Shown in pieces: positions 10,721-20,348 of a DNA stretch of 64,000 bases (the first letter of the stretch is position 1; every line of letters starts with the position of its first letter). The DNA is from a virus: positions 1-64,000 of IMG/VR virus record IMGVR_UViG_3300023184_000033. One strand, written 5' to 3'. The notes beneath the pieces were generated by a model. It ran no database searches. It had not been told where the DNA came from and worked only from the letters and a program-made list of their open reading frames with translations. The position numbers and the translations under genes are program-made.

Positions 10721-11360
10721 TAATAAATTCTCTAATCATAGGAAAAATAGGTTCAATTGCATCAGCACAAGCTAATGCTATTTGTTGGTGTTCTTTTTGT
10801 GTTCCGTTGGCGGAACGGAGTTGTATATAGTGTACCCAGGAACGTAGAGTTCCGTTCATGTACATGCGAGAACCGGTCATACCTTCAGGCAGTACAGCAC
10901 GTGCTTGTTCCTTTGCAATACCATTTTCTAATGCCCACTTGTAGGCATTGTTGGATGCTTCGAGTGATTTGGTTTGATACGTTTGCCATTGCAACTTCAA
11001 AATAGGATCTTCCGTTTCAATACTGTTTTGTCTGTTTTTTGTATCTTGTAATCTTGCTTCACGTAGTTCGAAACCAAGGTCTTCAACACTTGCGTATCGT
11101 TGACTAAACTCTTGGAAACTAAAACTACGATGACGTAAAATCTGTCTTGCAATATCTCTTGTTGTGTAAATTTCTAAACACACACTAACCATTTCTAATG
11201 GTGACCAATGTTGATTTTTCATCAAATAACGAACCAACTTTTCAGACGTATCACTATTGTTTTGGTTTGCGGGATTTGATACTCTCGCACAATAAGCAAT
11301 CTGGTCTAACAAGTTCTTACCATCAGAACTTTGCGAATAATTAACCAATTCAACTCTCAT
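10713..11360 (-). CDS. thyX: flavin-dependent thymidylate synthase
   Basis: RHRSFSFQEFSQRY, KEQARAVLP, QKEH. Confidence 0.95.
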   Translation of the reverse strand: MRVELVNYSQSSDGKNLLDQIAYCARVSNPANQNNSDTSEKLVRYLMKNQHWSPLEMVSVCLEIYTTRDIARQILRHRSFSFQEFSQRYASVEDLGFELREARLQDTKNRQNSIETEDPILKLQWQTYQTKSLEASNNAYKWALENGIAKEQARAVLPEGMTGSRMYMNGTLRSWVHYIQLRSANGTQKEHQQIALACADAIEPIFPMIREFINV

Positions 11361-11361
11361 A

Positions 11362-12375
11362 TTATACTTTCTTCCAATTTACAAATTCAGCTTTTGCTCT
11401 TAAATTAACAAAGGTATTTTTACTTATGATATCTTGGATTTCATCCGGTGAGAAACCATCTAGTATCATATCATTAATATCCTTGGAGTCAATAAATGGT
11501 GGCCAGATTACCACATTAAAGTGATTATCGATGGCTTTATCTATCTGATTACATATCTCTTTATTTCTAGGTTCATTGTCAAATATCAAAGTAATGTTGT
11601 TTTTTTCCAACATATTAGATGCACCTTCTAAATGAGAATCGGCAGTAGCCACCGCATTATCTATAAACAAGGAGTCAATAGGACCTTCAACCACATAGAT
11701 CATCTTCTCCTGATTGATCCTGTCGAGTCCGAACAGTTTATTCTTAGTCTCATCTATCTTGATGGTGATATATCTTAGTTTAGATTCACCCAATGCACGA
11801 CCTTGAAATGCAATTAAATTTTTGTCTTGGTCGTAAAAAGGAATCACCAATCGCTTATCACCCTCAATGAGACCATCTTGTTCTAAATCAAGTGATTCAA
11901 CAAAAGCTTTAAAGTCTTCTGCATAGTATAACCGACTGAGACATTCTTTTGGAATCTTTCTTGATGTAACATAAGTTTTTGCAAAATGTGTTTTTGGTAG
12001 AGACTCAATACTAGGTAATTCTAGATTTTTTTGAAATACTGGTGTTGGTGCTTTGAATTCTTCAAACTTAGGTTTTGTATAGTTGTTGTTTCCAGTTTCA
12101 CCGTGTTTATACCGTTCTAGTGCATATTCTTTCACCAACGTTTGGTCTACCTTCTCTAAGAAATTATAGAAAGTGGTACTTGCACCACAGTTGTGACACA
12201 TGTAGAAATAATCGTTGGATTTTCGGTAAACATAACCACGACATTTGGTTTTGTTTTTTTGTGAATCACCACAGAGAGGGCACCTGAAATTATACAGGTC
12301 AGATTTTTTCTGTGTGAATTTTTGAAGCTTGGGGGAAACCCGAAGCAGAAAAGCACGGTCAATGAAAACGCTCAT
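11362..12375 (-). CDS. 61: DNA primase (gp61)
   Basis: CPLCGDS...CHNC zinc finger, EGPIDS, DNEPRN, KDIND Toprim motifs. Confidence 0.95.
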   Translation of the reverse strand: MSVFIDRAFLLRVSPKLQKFTQKKSDLYNFRCPLCGDSQKNKTKCRGYVYRKSNDYFYMCHNCGASTTFYNFLEKVDQTLVKEYALERYKHGETGNNNYTKPKFEEFKAPTPVFQKNLELPSIESLPKTHFAKTYVTSRKIPKECLSRLYYAEDFKAFVESLDLEQDGLIEGDKRLVIPFYDQDKNLIAFQGRALGESKLRYITIKIDETKNKLFGLDRINQEKMIYVVEGPIDSLFIDNAVATADSHLEGASNMLEKNNITLIFDNEPRNKEICNQIDKAIDNHFNVVIWPPFIDSKDINDMILDGFSPDEIQDIISKNTFVNLRAKAEFVNWKKV

Positions 12376-12401
12376 AATGTATATATCAAAAGGGAAAGGG
12401 A

Positions 12402-12821
12402 TTAGTTCATCAGTTTCACTATTGTATCAGGATTTACGTGACTAAGCAACCATGAAAGTACAAGTATGCCGCCGGCAACCATCCACTTCCATTGTAGGAT
12501 TTGATCCAGTTGTTTGCGCTCTTCTTTGTTATGTGTATTAACAGCGTCACGGAGAGAATCAATCTTCTCCGAAAGACACTTATCCATGGATTGCATTTTA
12601 TCCAAAACGGTATCAATACGTTCATGTATTTCTTTGATATCGCTTTCGGTTTCTAATCGTCTTTTGTCCATGTCTGTATATACCTTAGCAATATGTCTGT
12701 CGTGTTGGTCCACAAGTTTGTCTATGATGATATCCAATTTCCCAGCAATAGAGGTGAGGGCCTCTACTTGGCCCTTTAATTTACCCACATCACCAACTAA
12801 TTCAAGATCCACAGGAGACAT
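12402..12821 (-). CDS. coiled-coil protein with C-terminal TM helix
   Basis: WKWMVAGGILVLSWLL. Confidence 0.65.
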   Translation of the reverse strand: MSPVDLELVGDVGKLKGQVEALTSIAGKLDIIIDKLVDQHDRHIAKVYTDMDKRRLETESDIKEIHERIDTVLDKMQSMDKCLSEKIDSLRDAVNTHNKEERKQLDQILQWKWMVAGGILVLSWLLSHVNPDTIVKLMN

Positions 12822-13027
12822 TATTTGGTTACTTCCAATTTCTTGTGCATTTTAACTTGCTTGCAATCTTGAGTTGGTTTGCCAGTTTTCTTATCCATAA
12901 CAGGTTTTCCTGCTTTGTCGGTTTTGTCTTTGCAAACTTGTTTTACTTCTGCTGCTGCATATGCGTTATTCCAAGATAGGAAAGAAACAGATGCTACTAC
13001 GCATAATACCCAAAATAAATTTTTCAT
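12821..13027 (-). CDS. small secreted protein
   Basis: signal peptide (AYA), two Cys. Confidence 0.6.
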   Translation of the reverse strand: MKNLFWVLCVVASVSFLSWNNAYAAAEVKQVCKDKTDKAGKPVMDKKTGKPTQDCKQVKMHKKLEVTK

Positions 13028-13039
13028 GATTTTAATTCC

Positions 13040-13543
13040 TTAGATAAATGGTTGCGGTGCAGCTGGTGGGGCCAACTTGCCACCAAAGCCAACTGTTACA
13101 GACATTGGTTGTTGAAAGTCTTGTGCTGAGGTTCCGTTAAAACGTGAATCAAAGTTACCTGATGTTGGTGGATTAAAACTGGTTGGTGTACTGAGGCCTC
13201 CTGACGAAGGTGTGCTAGATGTTGTAAACCCGCTCGGTGATCCTGTTCCTGGTACTTGTGCTCCGCCATTATTTGCACCGCCTAATTTTTCTTGTGTACG
13301 ACCAAATGCCGCAATACCTAACACTGCACCCATAGCAATATGGAATAGTCCGGCACCTTGTAGTGTTAATGGATTCCATTGTGTAATTGGTGTATGAGTA
13401 AATGTCTGTAATAAACTCCATAATATTGGGAATATAATCATGTCCATCATACAGACTAACATGTACATCCAGCCCATTGCCGGACGCCACTTAGAATTCA
13501 TCCAATGTTCACTTTCACTCTCTTTTTTAATTTCATCTGCCAT
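13040..13543 (-). CDS. 3-TM holin (gene-transfer-release type)
   Basis: KWRPAMGW...GAVLGIAAFGRTQEK; adjacent to endolysin. Confidence 0.8.
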   Translation of the reverse strand: MADEIKKESESEHWMNSKWRPAMGWMYMLVCMMDMIIFPILWSLLQTFTHTPITQWNPLTLQGAGLFHIAMGAVLGIAAFGRTQEKLGGANNGGAQVPGTGSPSGFTTSSTPSSGGLSTPTSFNPPTSGNFDSRFNGTSAQDFQQPMSVTVGFGGKLAPPAAPQPFI

Positions 13544-14166
13544 TAACTTACTCCCAAAACATGCAGAGCATGTTCATAGTGATTTACACGGTCTTCCAAC
13601 CCAATCGTGCCACCATTTATTCGCTTAGTTAATGTTAAGATATCACCAGCATCGGCCCATTGATTCAATTTATTATTTTCCCAGAACCAACATGCGGACT
13701 GTGCAGCACCCTCAAAGGTAGCCATATATTCCGATGCTTCTTCTGGTGTAATACCAAGACTAGATGAGAACCAAAAATAGTTGTCTTTACCAGTTAATTG
13801 TATTAATCCACGTCCACAATATTTATAACCATCACCACTAGACTCATCTCCATTACCCATACGACTAGCATAGATTCGATTAGCAATAGCTTCTTGTTTG
13901 TTTGGTAATCCACAGTAACGTTGTGCTGTGGATAAATCGAAATACTTACTGAATAATTTAACCAGTGATTCTGGTCTATAATTCAAGTTCTCTTTGATTG
14001 TAGTGAATCCACCAGATTCATGTGAACATTGTGCTATGAAGGCTGCGATACGTTGTGGTGTATCAATTTCATAGTCAGGTAGAAGTTTTGCAAGAACTTC
14101 ATACCAATGGTCAACGAACTTGTTTTTTGGAAGTAATTGTTTTAATTGTTCTTTTGTTAATTCCAT
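13543..14166 (-). CDS. glycoside hydrolase family 19 endolysin
   Basis: FIAQCSHES, ENLNY, GRGLIQLTG..NY, INGG..GL.DR. Confidence 0.9.
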   Translation of the reverse strand: MELTKEQLKQLLPKNKFVDHWYEVLAKLLPDYEIDTPQRIAAFIAQCSHESGGFTTIKENLNYRPESLVKLFSKYFDLSTAQRYCGLPNKQEAIANRIYASRMGNGDESSGDGYKYCGRGLIQLTGKDNYFWFSSSLGITPEEASEYMATFEGAAQSACWFWENNKLNQWADAGDILTLTKRINGGTIGLEDRVNHYEHALHVLGVS

Positions 14167-14177
14167 TTTTGGTTACC

Positions 14178-14378
14178 TCAAACAGCCATAGCTATATTGC
14201 AAGCTTGTACCAAATAACGGAACATTTCTTCGTTGTCAGCACATTCTTGTGCAGCACGAATATCTCTTATTTCTTGTAGTAGATAATTGCGTTCATCTAA
14301 GTTAATATTACCTAGTTGACATTGTTCTGTGATTGCTTGTATTTCAACTTCAAGTGAGTGCATTATCTTCCCTTCCAT
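14178..14378 (-). CDS. hypothetical protein
   Basis: ORF in lysis operon. Confidence 0.5.
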   Translation of the reverse strand: MEGKIMHSLEVEIQAITEQCQLGNINLDERNYLLQEIRDIRAAQECADNEEMFRYLVQACNIAMAV

Positions 14379-14728
14379 GCGTTTTTGGTTACTTCAATTC
14401 TGCTCTGAGCAGTCTTCTTTCCCAATTCACAGAAGGTCTTACTTGCACCTTTATTCATCTTAACAACATGATTGTAAAGACCTTGTATATTGTCTTTTTG
14501 TGGATCATTTCTCCACTCAGTATATTTAGAAATAAATTCTACCTTAGTTACAACTTTTGACCAATCGGATGTTTCACAATTCACTTTACTAATATCCAAT
14601 TCAACTTCAACCAATTGTCCAAATAATACTGGATCATGATCTCTTGGCCAATACTTTGAAACGTTATCTTGTATACTTGCACAACCAGTTAATGCAAGAA
14701 ATGAACACAGTAATATTATTCGTTTCAT
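14363..14728 (-). CDS. lipoprotein
   Basis: lipobox LTGC. Confidence 0.7.
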   Translation of the reverse strand: MKRIILLCSFLALTGCASIQDNVSKYWPRDHDPVLFGQLVEVELDISKVNCETSDWSKVVTKVEFISKYTEWRNDPQKDNIQGLYNHVVKMNKGASKTFCELGKKTAQSRIEVTKNAWKGR

Positions 14729-14985
14729 TTTATACTTTCATACAATTGTTTTTGTACATTATACCACTCAACCCAAGCTTCCTGCTTGATTGAACACTCA
14801 TAATATGTTGTGTAATTAAGTGTTATAGTTTTGGCTATATCACTCAATTTAGGATCTTCAATAACCTTATTCAATTCCGGACATTTCTCCAGTAATTGAT
14901 TTGGAACTTGTGGAAACTTTAGTGTAACGGGAACAGTAGTGCAACCAGTTAAAAATAATAATGTACATAAAAGTAAAAATTTCAT
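14725..14985 (-). CDS. outer-membrane lipoprotein, o-spanin-like (Rz1)
   Basis: lipobox LTGC, Pro-rich, Cys, follows i-spanin. Confidence 0.7.
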   Translation of the reverse strand: MKFLLLCTLLFLTGCTTVPVTLKFPQVPNQLLEKCPELNKVIEDPKLSDIAKTITLNYTTYYECSIKQEAWVEWYNVQKQLYESIK

Positions 14986-15422
14986 TTTGGTTTCTCCGCT
15001 GCATCATTCATAGATTTAATGAATTCTTTAGGAATTTCACATTCACCGCCAGGTAGAAACTTTGTGTCGTACTTGGTCACTTCCCTATCAACATATTTTA
15101 TTATTTCTTGGCCACGGACTCTGACCACTTCTGTCTTCTTAACAATCTTTGTGACTATTTTGACATTTTCTTCTTTTGATTGTTTCTCAACTATAACAAC
15201 CTTATCTTGCATTTCTTTTACTCGAGCAACCCAATCTTTCGATGCATAGATTGAACCACTCATAAAAATACCAAACACAACAAACAAAAATAGGACCGGT
15301 GTGATAGCGGTCCTATAGAGTACTGGTATGAACGGTGTGAATTTAAGTAAGATAATCCCTATTGTTCCGATTGCCAGTATTGCGTAGAATATCCATTCAG
15401 GTAATAAATTTAATAACCACAT
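14982..15422 (-). CDS. i-spanin-like (Rz) membrane protein
   Basis: N-terminal TMs, coiled coil, CEIP..F...NDAA terminus. Confidence 0.65.
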   Translation of the reverse strand: MWLLNLLPEWIFYAILAIGTIGIILLKFTPFIPVLYRTAITPVLFLFVVFGIFMSGSIYASKDWVARVKEMQDKVVIVEKQSKEENVKIVTKIVKKTEVVRVRGQEIIKYVDREVTKYDTKFLPGGECEIPKEFIKSMNDAAEKPK

Positions 15423-15449
15423 GTTTTGTCATTTCAGTATAAAGGTTAA

Positions 15450-15863
15450 TCATACAGTAGATTTTCTAGTTACATTCATCATAATAAGACTTCTCACTTT
15501 TTTCTTACGACTAATTCCAGGTTCACCACCTGCTCCGCCTGTACCAGCAATTGCACCACCACCAACTACGTTTGTTGGTCCTGTTGCGACAGCCATGCCA
15601 TCTTCAATCATAAGTTGATTAAGTTCTTGTTTGTATTCTTCTCTGAGCCTAGTAATCAATTTATAATCTTGCATGGTTAATATTCCCTTTTTGCGGATTT
15701 GAATCAATCTCTCAACCATTTTATGTAAATCGATATCCGATTTAATTTTCTCACGTGTTAATTCCAAAACACGAATGAGTAATGGAATATCAAACGTTAC
15801 TGTGTCTTTAGCATCAGTTCTTTCTACAATATATTCTTTGAAGTTTAGCATTAACAGTTCCAC
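15450..15863 (-). CDS. probable virion/internal head protein
   Basis: MLNFKEYIVE capsid-targeting-like N-terminus. Confidence 0.55.
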   Translation of the reverse strand: MELLMLNFKEYIVERTDAKDTVTFDIPLLIRVLELTREKIKSDIDLHKMVERLIQIRKKGILTMQDYKLITRLREEYKQELNQLMIEDGMAVATGPTNVVGGGAIAGTGGAGGEPGISRKKKVRSLIMMNVTRKSTV

Positions 15864-16582
15864 TTCCTTAATGATAATGCTTTACGTGATGGTTCACCAT
15901 TTGGTTTTTTCATAGGGCCTGGCATACCACCCATGCGAGCACAGAATGACTTTCTTCTATTTGCAGCTTTAGAACCTGGTTTTAATTTAGATGGTGGTGT
16001 TGTAACTGCCATTGATAAGTGTGAACCTGGATTTTCTCTACGATAAGAAGCGATACCTTTTCGATTCAAACCACCTTTAGGGTCTTTTCCTGCTTTACGT
16101 TGCCATGCAGCAACTTCAAACAATTCTTCGTCTGTTAATTGTTCAAAATCAATATCGTGTTCTTCTAACATATCGAAAAGTTCATCATCTGTTAATTCAA
16201 CTTCTTCATTAGTTTTTTCGTTCTTACTAATCAAGTAGTTACCAACAGTATCAATATAGTCTGCTGATAGTGTTACTTTTGCCTGGACCCAACCAGGTAA
16301 CTGTTTCTCATAGTCTTTACCGATATAAGAACGAACCATCTGTATCGCACGTTCCATTTGGTCTAACTGATTTAAGACCATACTACCTTCATCGTCCATC
16401 ATTTTGCCCATAGCGATGGCGATATGATTCTCATCCACTTGAGTTTCTTCAGGAACACAGTTTGGTACTTTCTTACCATTTTTCATTTTCATGCCGACAG
16501 CAGTATAACCAGTCCAGCAAGCATCTTTCAACTTACCTGTTGGTTCTTTAACTTCGTTTACGAATTGTTTAAAAGATTTCAT
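15851..16582 (-). CDS. probable internal head protein (C-terminal RRKSFCARM / DUF6321-like domain)
   Basis: MKSFKQFVNE N-terminus; CWTGY..G.K and RRKSFCARMGG motifs. Confidence 0.65.
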   Translation of the reverse strand: MKSFKQFVNEVKEPTGKLKDACWTGYTAVGMKMKNGKKVPNCVPEETQVDENHIAIAMGKMMDDEGSMVLNQLDQMERAIQMVRSYIGKDYEKQLPGWVQAKVTLSADYIDTVGNYLISKNEKTNEEVELTDDELFDMLEEHDIDFEQLTDEELFEVAAWQRKAGKDPKGGLNRKGIASYRRENPGSHLSMAVTTPPSKLKPGSKAANRRKSFCARMGGMPGPMKKPNGEPSRKALSLRKWNC

Positions 16583-16965
16583 ATGTTTCTGAGTATATCT
16601 GCTACATTGGGTTCTAAAGCTATGTCACATGAATAAATTGTTTTTCCATTAACACCTTTGACTTGGTCAGGCATCAATCTCAAATAATCTAAAAATGTCT
16701 TTAATAAATCGTAATCACGTTCATCAATCTTATAGAACAATATTCTTGATGTAGCTTCAATACCAAAAACATTATTCAATAGTATGATATGATTCAATAT
16801 CAATCTCTCTTTGAGTATCTTTGTGGTTTTATATCTTCTGAACAATCTTTTCAGATATTTTGTTCGTTTGATATCTCCCTCAAACTCAGACATAATGCAT
16901 TGCGGTGAGCTATAACACTTCACCGCATACATCATGAAATTTTCATCGTTTAGGTCATCAAACAT
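16579..16965 (-). CDS. conserved T4-like hypothetical protein
   Basis: KYLKRLF...RLILNHII motif. Confidence 0.7.
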   Translation of the reverse strand: MFDDLNDENFMMYAVKCYSSPQCIMSEFEGDIKRTKYLKRLFRRYKTTKILKERLILNHIILLNNVFGIEATSRILFYKIDERDYDLLKTFLDYLRLMPDQVKGVNGKTIYSCDIALEPNVADILRNI

Positions 16966-16972
16966 ATTATAT

Positions 16973-17002
16973 AAAAAAACCTTACGGTTTCCCGTAAGGT
17001 TA
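16973..17002 (-). terminator. intrinsic terminator
   Basis: AACCTTACGG/CCGTAAGGTT stem followed by T-run on minus strand. Confidence 0.75.
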
Positions 17003-17009
17003 TAGAGTA

Positions 17010-17654
17010 TTAAACGCCACCAAAGATGCCGTTTGCACTTGTGTTTGCGGACTGTGTATTAGCAGCAGTTGGGTTTGCAAGAGCAACAAGAGTTTCTTTT
17101 AAGAAACGTACTGTACCATCATTATTGATTTTACGAGTAATCTTGTTCCATCCAGTGTTTACGTTACCAATCTTAGTGTTAGCAACAGTAGAACCAGCAC
17201 CACCAGTTGTACCTTGTGTGTTAGCAATACGTGTTGCAGTAATAAGAATAGTGTCGTTTGCATAGTTGGAAGATGTTGCACGATATGCAATACCTGTACC
17301 AATGTAAACGTTTTGACCTGAAGCAAGAGTACCCATAACTGGATTTGCTAATCTGATTCGAGTGTTTGCAGCATCAACAACAGTAACTGTGTTATTTGAA
17401 CGCCAGAAAGAAGCTTCGTTACCATCAATAATTGATAAGTCTTTTGCAGACAAAGAAACAGAGTTATTGGCATCTGCGGAATAAACATACATTCCAGCAG
17501 AAATTAATGCAAAGTTTGTGTTTGATGTGACTACGATTGTATTGCCTGCTGTAGTAGCATTGGCTGTGACTAACGATGTAACAGGAGTCACTTCTCTTTC
17601 TAATGAAAAGTGTGGTTTGTTATTCGCTGTATCTGTATTTCCCCATAAGGCCAT
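17010..17654 (-). CDS. virion structural protein
   Basis: MALWG start, A/N/T-rich, GW...R...ETLVA; AATAAATA late-like promoter upstream. Confidence 0.65.
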   Translation of the reverse strand: MALWGNTDTANNKPHFSLEREVTPVTSLVTANATTAGNTIVVTSNTNFALISAGMYVYSADANNSVSLSAKDLSIIDGNEASFWRSNNTVTVVDAANTRIRLANPVMGTLASGQNVYIGTGIAYRATSSNYANDTILITATRIANTQGTTGGAGSTVANTKIGNVNTGWNKITRKINNDGTVRFLKETLVALANPTAANTQSANTSANGIFGGV

Positions 17655-17678
17655 TTTTTTTCTCCTTGAAAACGGTAT

Positions 17679-18653
17679 TTATTTCTTATTTATCTTTTCT
17701 GAACCACTCTGAACCTTGCGGCGCATGATAGGATCAATTTCTATTGTATCTCTAGTTGTACCAGTCAAGGTTTTACCCCCAGTAAGTACGGCTGCAGCTT
17801 GTGGTTTGTTATCACCAAAACTATCTTTAGGATCAACTGTTTTGAATTTAGGTTTCTTACCATAAGTGGCTACAGATTTGTCTTCTTTTTCACCATCATA
17901 TAATTCTTCTTTGACTGATTGTTTCTTTAAATCATTATCAAACTGTTTTGTTGTGGCTTTAAGGATTCCTTTGAATCTCTTATCACCTGTTTTATAATTG
18001 CCTGCTTGGTCAGCAGCCTTGGCAGCTGCACTAGCACGTGTTTTATATCTTGCAAGAAGGTTTGATGTTAATTCAGATAGTTGCAATTCAGGAATCTCTA
18101 AGGATTCCGAATTCAATCTTTTTTCTGCTCTGTTCTGCCCAATGCTTCTCATTGAAAATTTGTGGCCAGCTTTGTTTGCAGATTTTGGATCTTTATCTCT
18201 GATACCTTTACCAATCTTATCAAACTGGTCACCTTGGTCTTTTTCAGACTTCTTGGCATAAGAGTACAATGTATCTTTGTTCAACTCATCCAATTCTTCA
18301 ACCTCTTCATTCTTTTGTTTTGCGTAGTAAGCAGCAAGAGCCATCTTTTGACGTTTCTCTTTAGACTTACCAGCAAACTTAGGATTATCCGAATGAATGA
18401 AATCGTGAATCCATTCACCAGCAGAAGCATCTTTAGAAAGAACTTCATTCATTTCTTGTTCTAGTTCTTCTTTGAATACGTCTTGTCTCGCACCATTGAG
18501 CTTAACCCAATTCAAAAATGAAGATGACTTAGAATAAGAAATCTTTTGTATCGGTGTAAGATTATCATAACTAATACCCCTAGAACTAAGATATCGATTC
18601 AATAACTTAGATTCAGATAACTTAATAAATTGTTTTAGTTTTTGGCCGTTCAT
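17679..18653 (-). CDS. probable internal head/core protein
   Basis: likely start MNGQK; repeated EEVEELDEL modules. Confidence 0.6.
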   Translation of the reverse strand: MNGQKLKQFIKLSESKLLNRYLSSRGISYDNLTPIQKISYSKSSSFLNWVKLNGARQDVFKEELEQEMNEVLSKDASAGEWIHDFIHSDNPKFAGKSKEKRQKMALAAYYAKQKNEEVEELDELNKDTLYSYAKKSEKDQGDQFDKIGKGIRDKDPKSANKAGHKFSMRSIGQNRAEKRLNSESLEIPELQLSELTSNLLARYKTRASAAAKAADQAGNYKTGDKRFKGILKATTKQFDNDLKKQSVKEELYDGEKEDKSVATYGKKPKFKTVDPKDSFGDNKPQAAAVLTGGKTLTGTTRDTIEIDPIMRRKVQSGSEKINKK

Positions 18654-18654
18654 T

Positions 18655-20346
18655 TTAATAACCGTTCGACATTTCTTTTTTGACTTTACCCAAAGCAGCA
18701 CGCAATCTTTCTTTAGGTGACTGTGCTGCATCAGTTACAAAGGGAACTGTATCTGATTCTGGACGCTTACCTTCGGTTTTTAAAGCAGACTTTTTAATCA
18801 TCTTTTTCATGAGAGCTTTGTCTTCTTTCTCATCTTCATGTCCTTCAGATTCTTCATTAGCTTGACGTAAAGCTTTCTGTGCTTGTTTTGTTTGTGATAA
18901 ACCTGGTTTGATTTTATCCATAACATTAGATGCACCAGTCATGTTGCCACCAGCATATCTTTTATCTTTTGCAATACCACCAGCCATCTTCAATTCTTTG
19001 GATGTATATGCTTCAGTCTTCAAAGGAACTTTTGCAGAAGTGTGTTCGTTGTCTTTTTCGAAACCCTTTGGTGCTTTCTTTGGACCAGCCAAAGTATCAA
19101 CAGTCAAACCTTTTGCAGCTTTAACTTCACCAGCTTCATCCAACTCAACTTCTTCTTTTGTTGTCTTTTTAGCTAAATTCATTGCAGCGGTGTAACCAGG
19201 AATACTCGATAGTCTTTTTAGACGTACTGGATCTTTTGCAGTTTCTTTACCAGCTGCAGACAATCTTGCCTGACGATCATCAAAATCTTTTTTAGATTCT
19301 TTGTTGGCTTCATCCAATTCAACATCTTCGTTTCTTTGGATGTTACCTTTTAATCTGTTAACATCTTGTTTGTTTGCTTTTCCAGCACTAGTCACACGAG
19401 CAGGAGTTCTGTGTGCAAGTTTGTCATAGCTTCCAAATGTATGACCCGGCCTTGGATAATGACCTTTAGCATCAGCAGCGCCCTGAACTGCTGCTGCAGA
19501 TTTTGCATCTTTGGTTTTCTTAGCATGATCTGCAAATTTCTGAGGATCGTGTGACTTACCATAATGATAGTCTGAATCAGGATCGGATGCAGACTTAGCA
19601 GCACTAGCTAAAGTTTTTGTTGACAATTCATCTAGTTCTTCAACTTCTTCTTTTTTAAGTTTACTAAGTAACGCTTTTCCTGCTTCGGCTTTCTTATCAG
19701 AAACCATGCGATCTTTAGCCGCTTGAACTTTTGCTTTAGATTCTGCACTAGTTCTATCTACATATTTGCTAGTTTGTTTTTCCTTAGGACCGGAACCTTC
19801 CTCAATCTCAACTTCTTCTTTTTGAGCACGTAGAATCTTAAAGTCTTGTGGATCAATCTTGTTGTTTTTATTCTTATCAATCTCCTTTTGATTACCTTTT
19901 AGACTCTCAATAAGACGGTTTTTAAAGTCTCCGAAAGATTCTTTTTTCATTTCTTTTTTCTTATCAAGTCTTTCAGTTTCTTTTTCACGTTCGTCATCTT
20001 TTTGGCCAGCGCCACCATAACGTGTACCTGCTTTTTGGCCAATGTGACCTTTTGGTTGTGGTCCGGCTTTGTCTTTAACATACTTTTGCATGTCAGCCCA
20101 AGCTTCTATAATTTCTTCAATGTTCTCAGAAACTAAATGACCAGCTTTCTTAGCAGTATTTAAAACATCCGTTCTATCTTTAAAGGAACCATTGAATACC
20201 TTTTTGGCCAAAAATGGCTTATAAACGGCATGATGTTCTGGCTTGATGTGTTTTAACAATATCCTCGCTTGTGGATGGATATCTTCTGACATAGCAGAAT
20301 TAACTGCATCCAATAAACTCTGTGAAATGGATTTTTGGCCGTACAT
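18655..20346 (-). CDS. highly charged probable internal head/core polyprotein
   Basis: repeated (K/E)EEVELDE motifs; EF-hand-like DKNKNNKIDPQDF. Confidence 0.6.
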   Translation of the reverse strand: MYGQKSISQSLLDAVNSAMSEDIHPQARILLKHIKPEHHAVYKPFLAKKVFNGSFKDRTDVLNTAKKAGHLVSENIEEIIEAWADMQKYVKDKAGPQPKGHIGQKAGTRYGGAGQKDDEREKETERLDKKKEMKKESFGDFKNRLIESLKGNQKEIDKNKNNKIDPQDFKILRAQKEEVEIEEGSGPKEKQTSKYVDRTSAESKAKVQAAKDRMVSDKKAEAGKALLSKLKKEEVEELDELSTKTLASAAKSASDPDSDYHYGKSHDPQKFADHAKKTKDAKSAAAVQGAADAKGHYPRPGHTFGSYDKLAHRTPARVTSAGKANKQDVNRLKGNIQRNEDVELDEANKESKKDFDDRQARLSAAGKETAKDPVRLKRLSSIPGYTAAMNLAKKTTKEEVELDEAGEVKAAKGLTVDTLAGPKKAPKGFEKDNEHTSAKVPLKTEAYTSKELKMAGGIAKDKRYAGGNMTGASNVMDKIKPGLSQTKQAQKALRQANEESEGHEDEKEDKALMKKMIKKSALKTEGKRPESDTVPFVTDAAQSPKERLRAALGKVKKEMSNGY

Positions 20347-20348
20347 AT

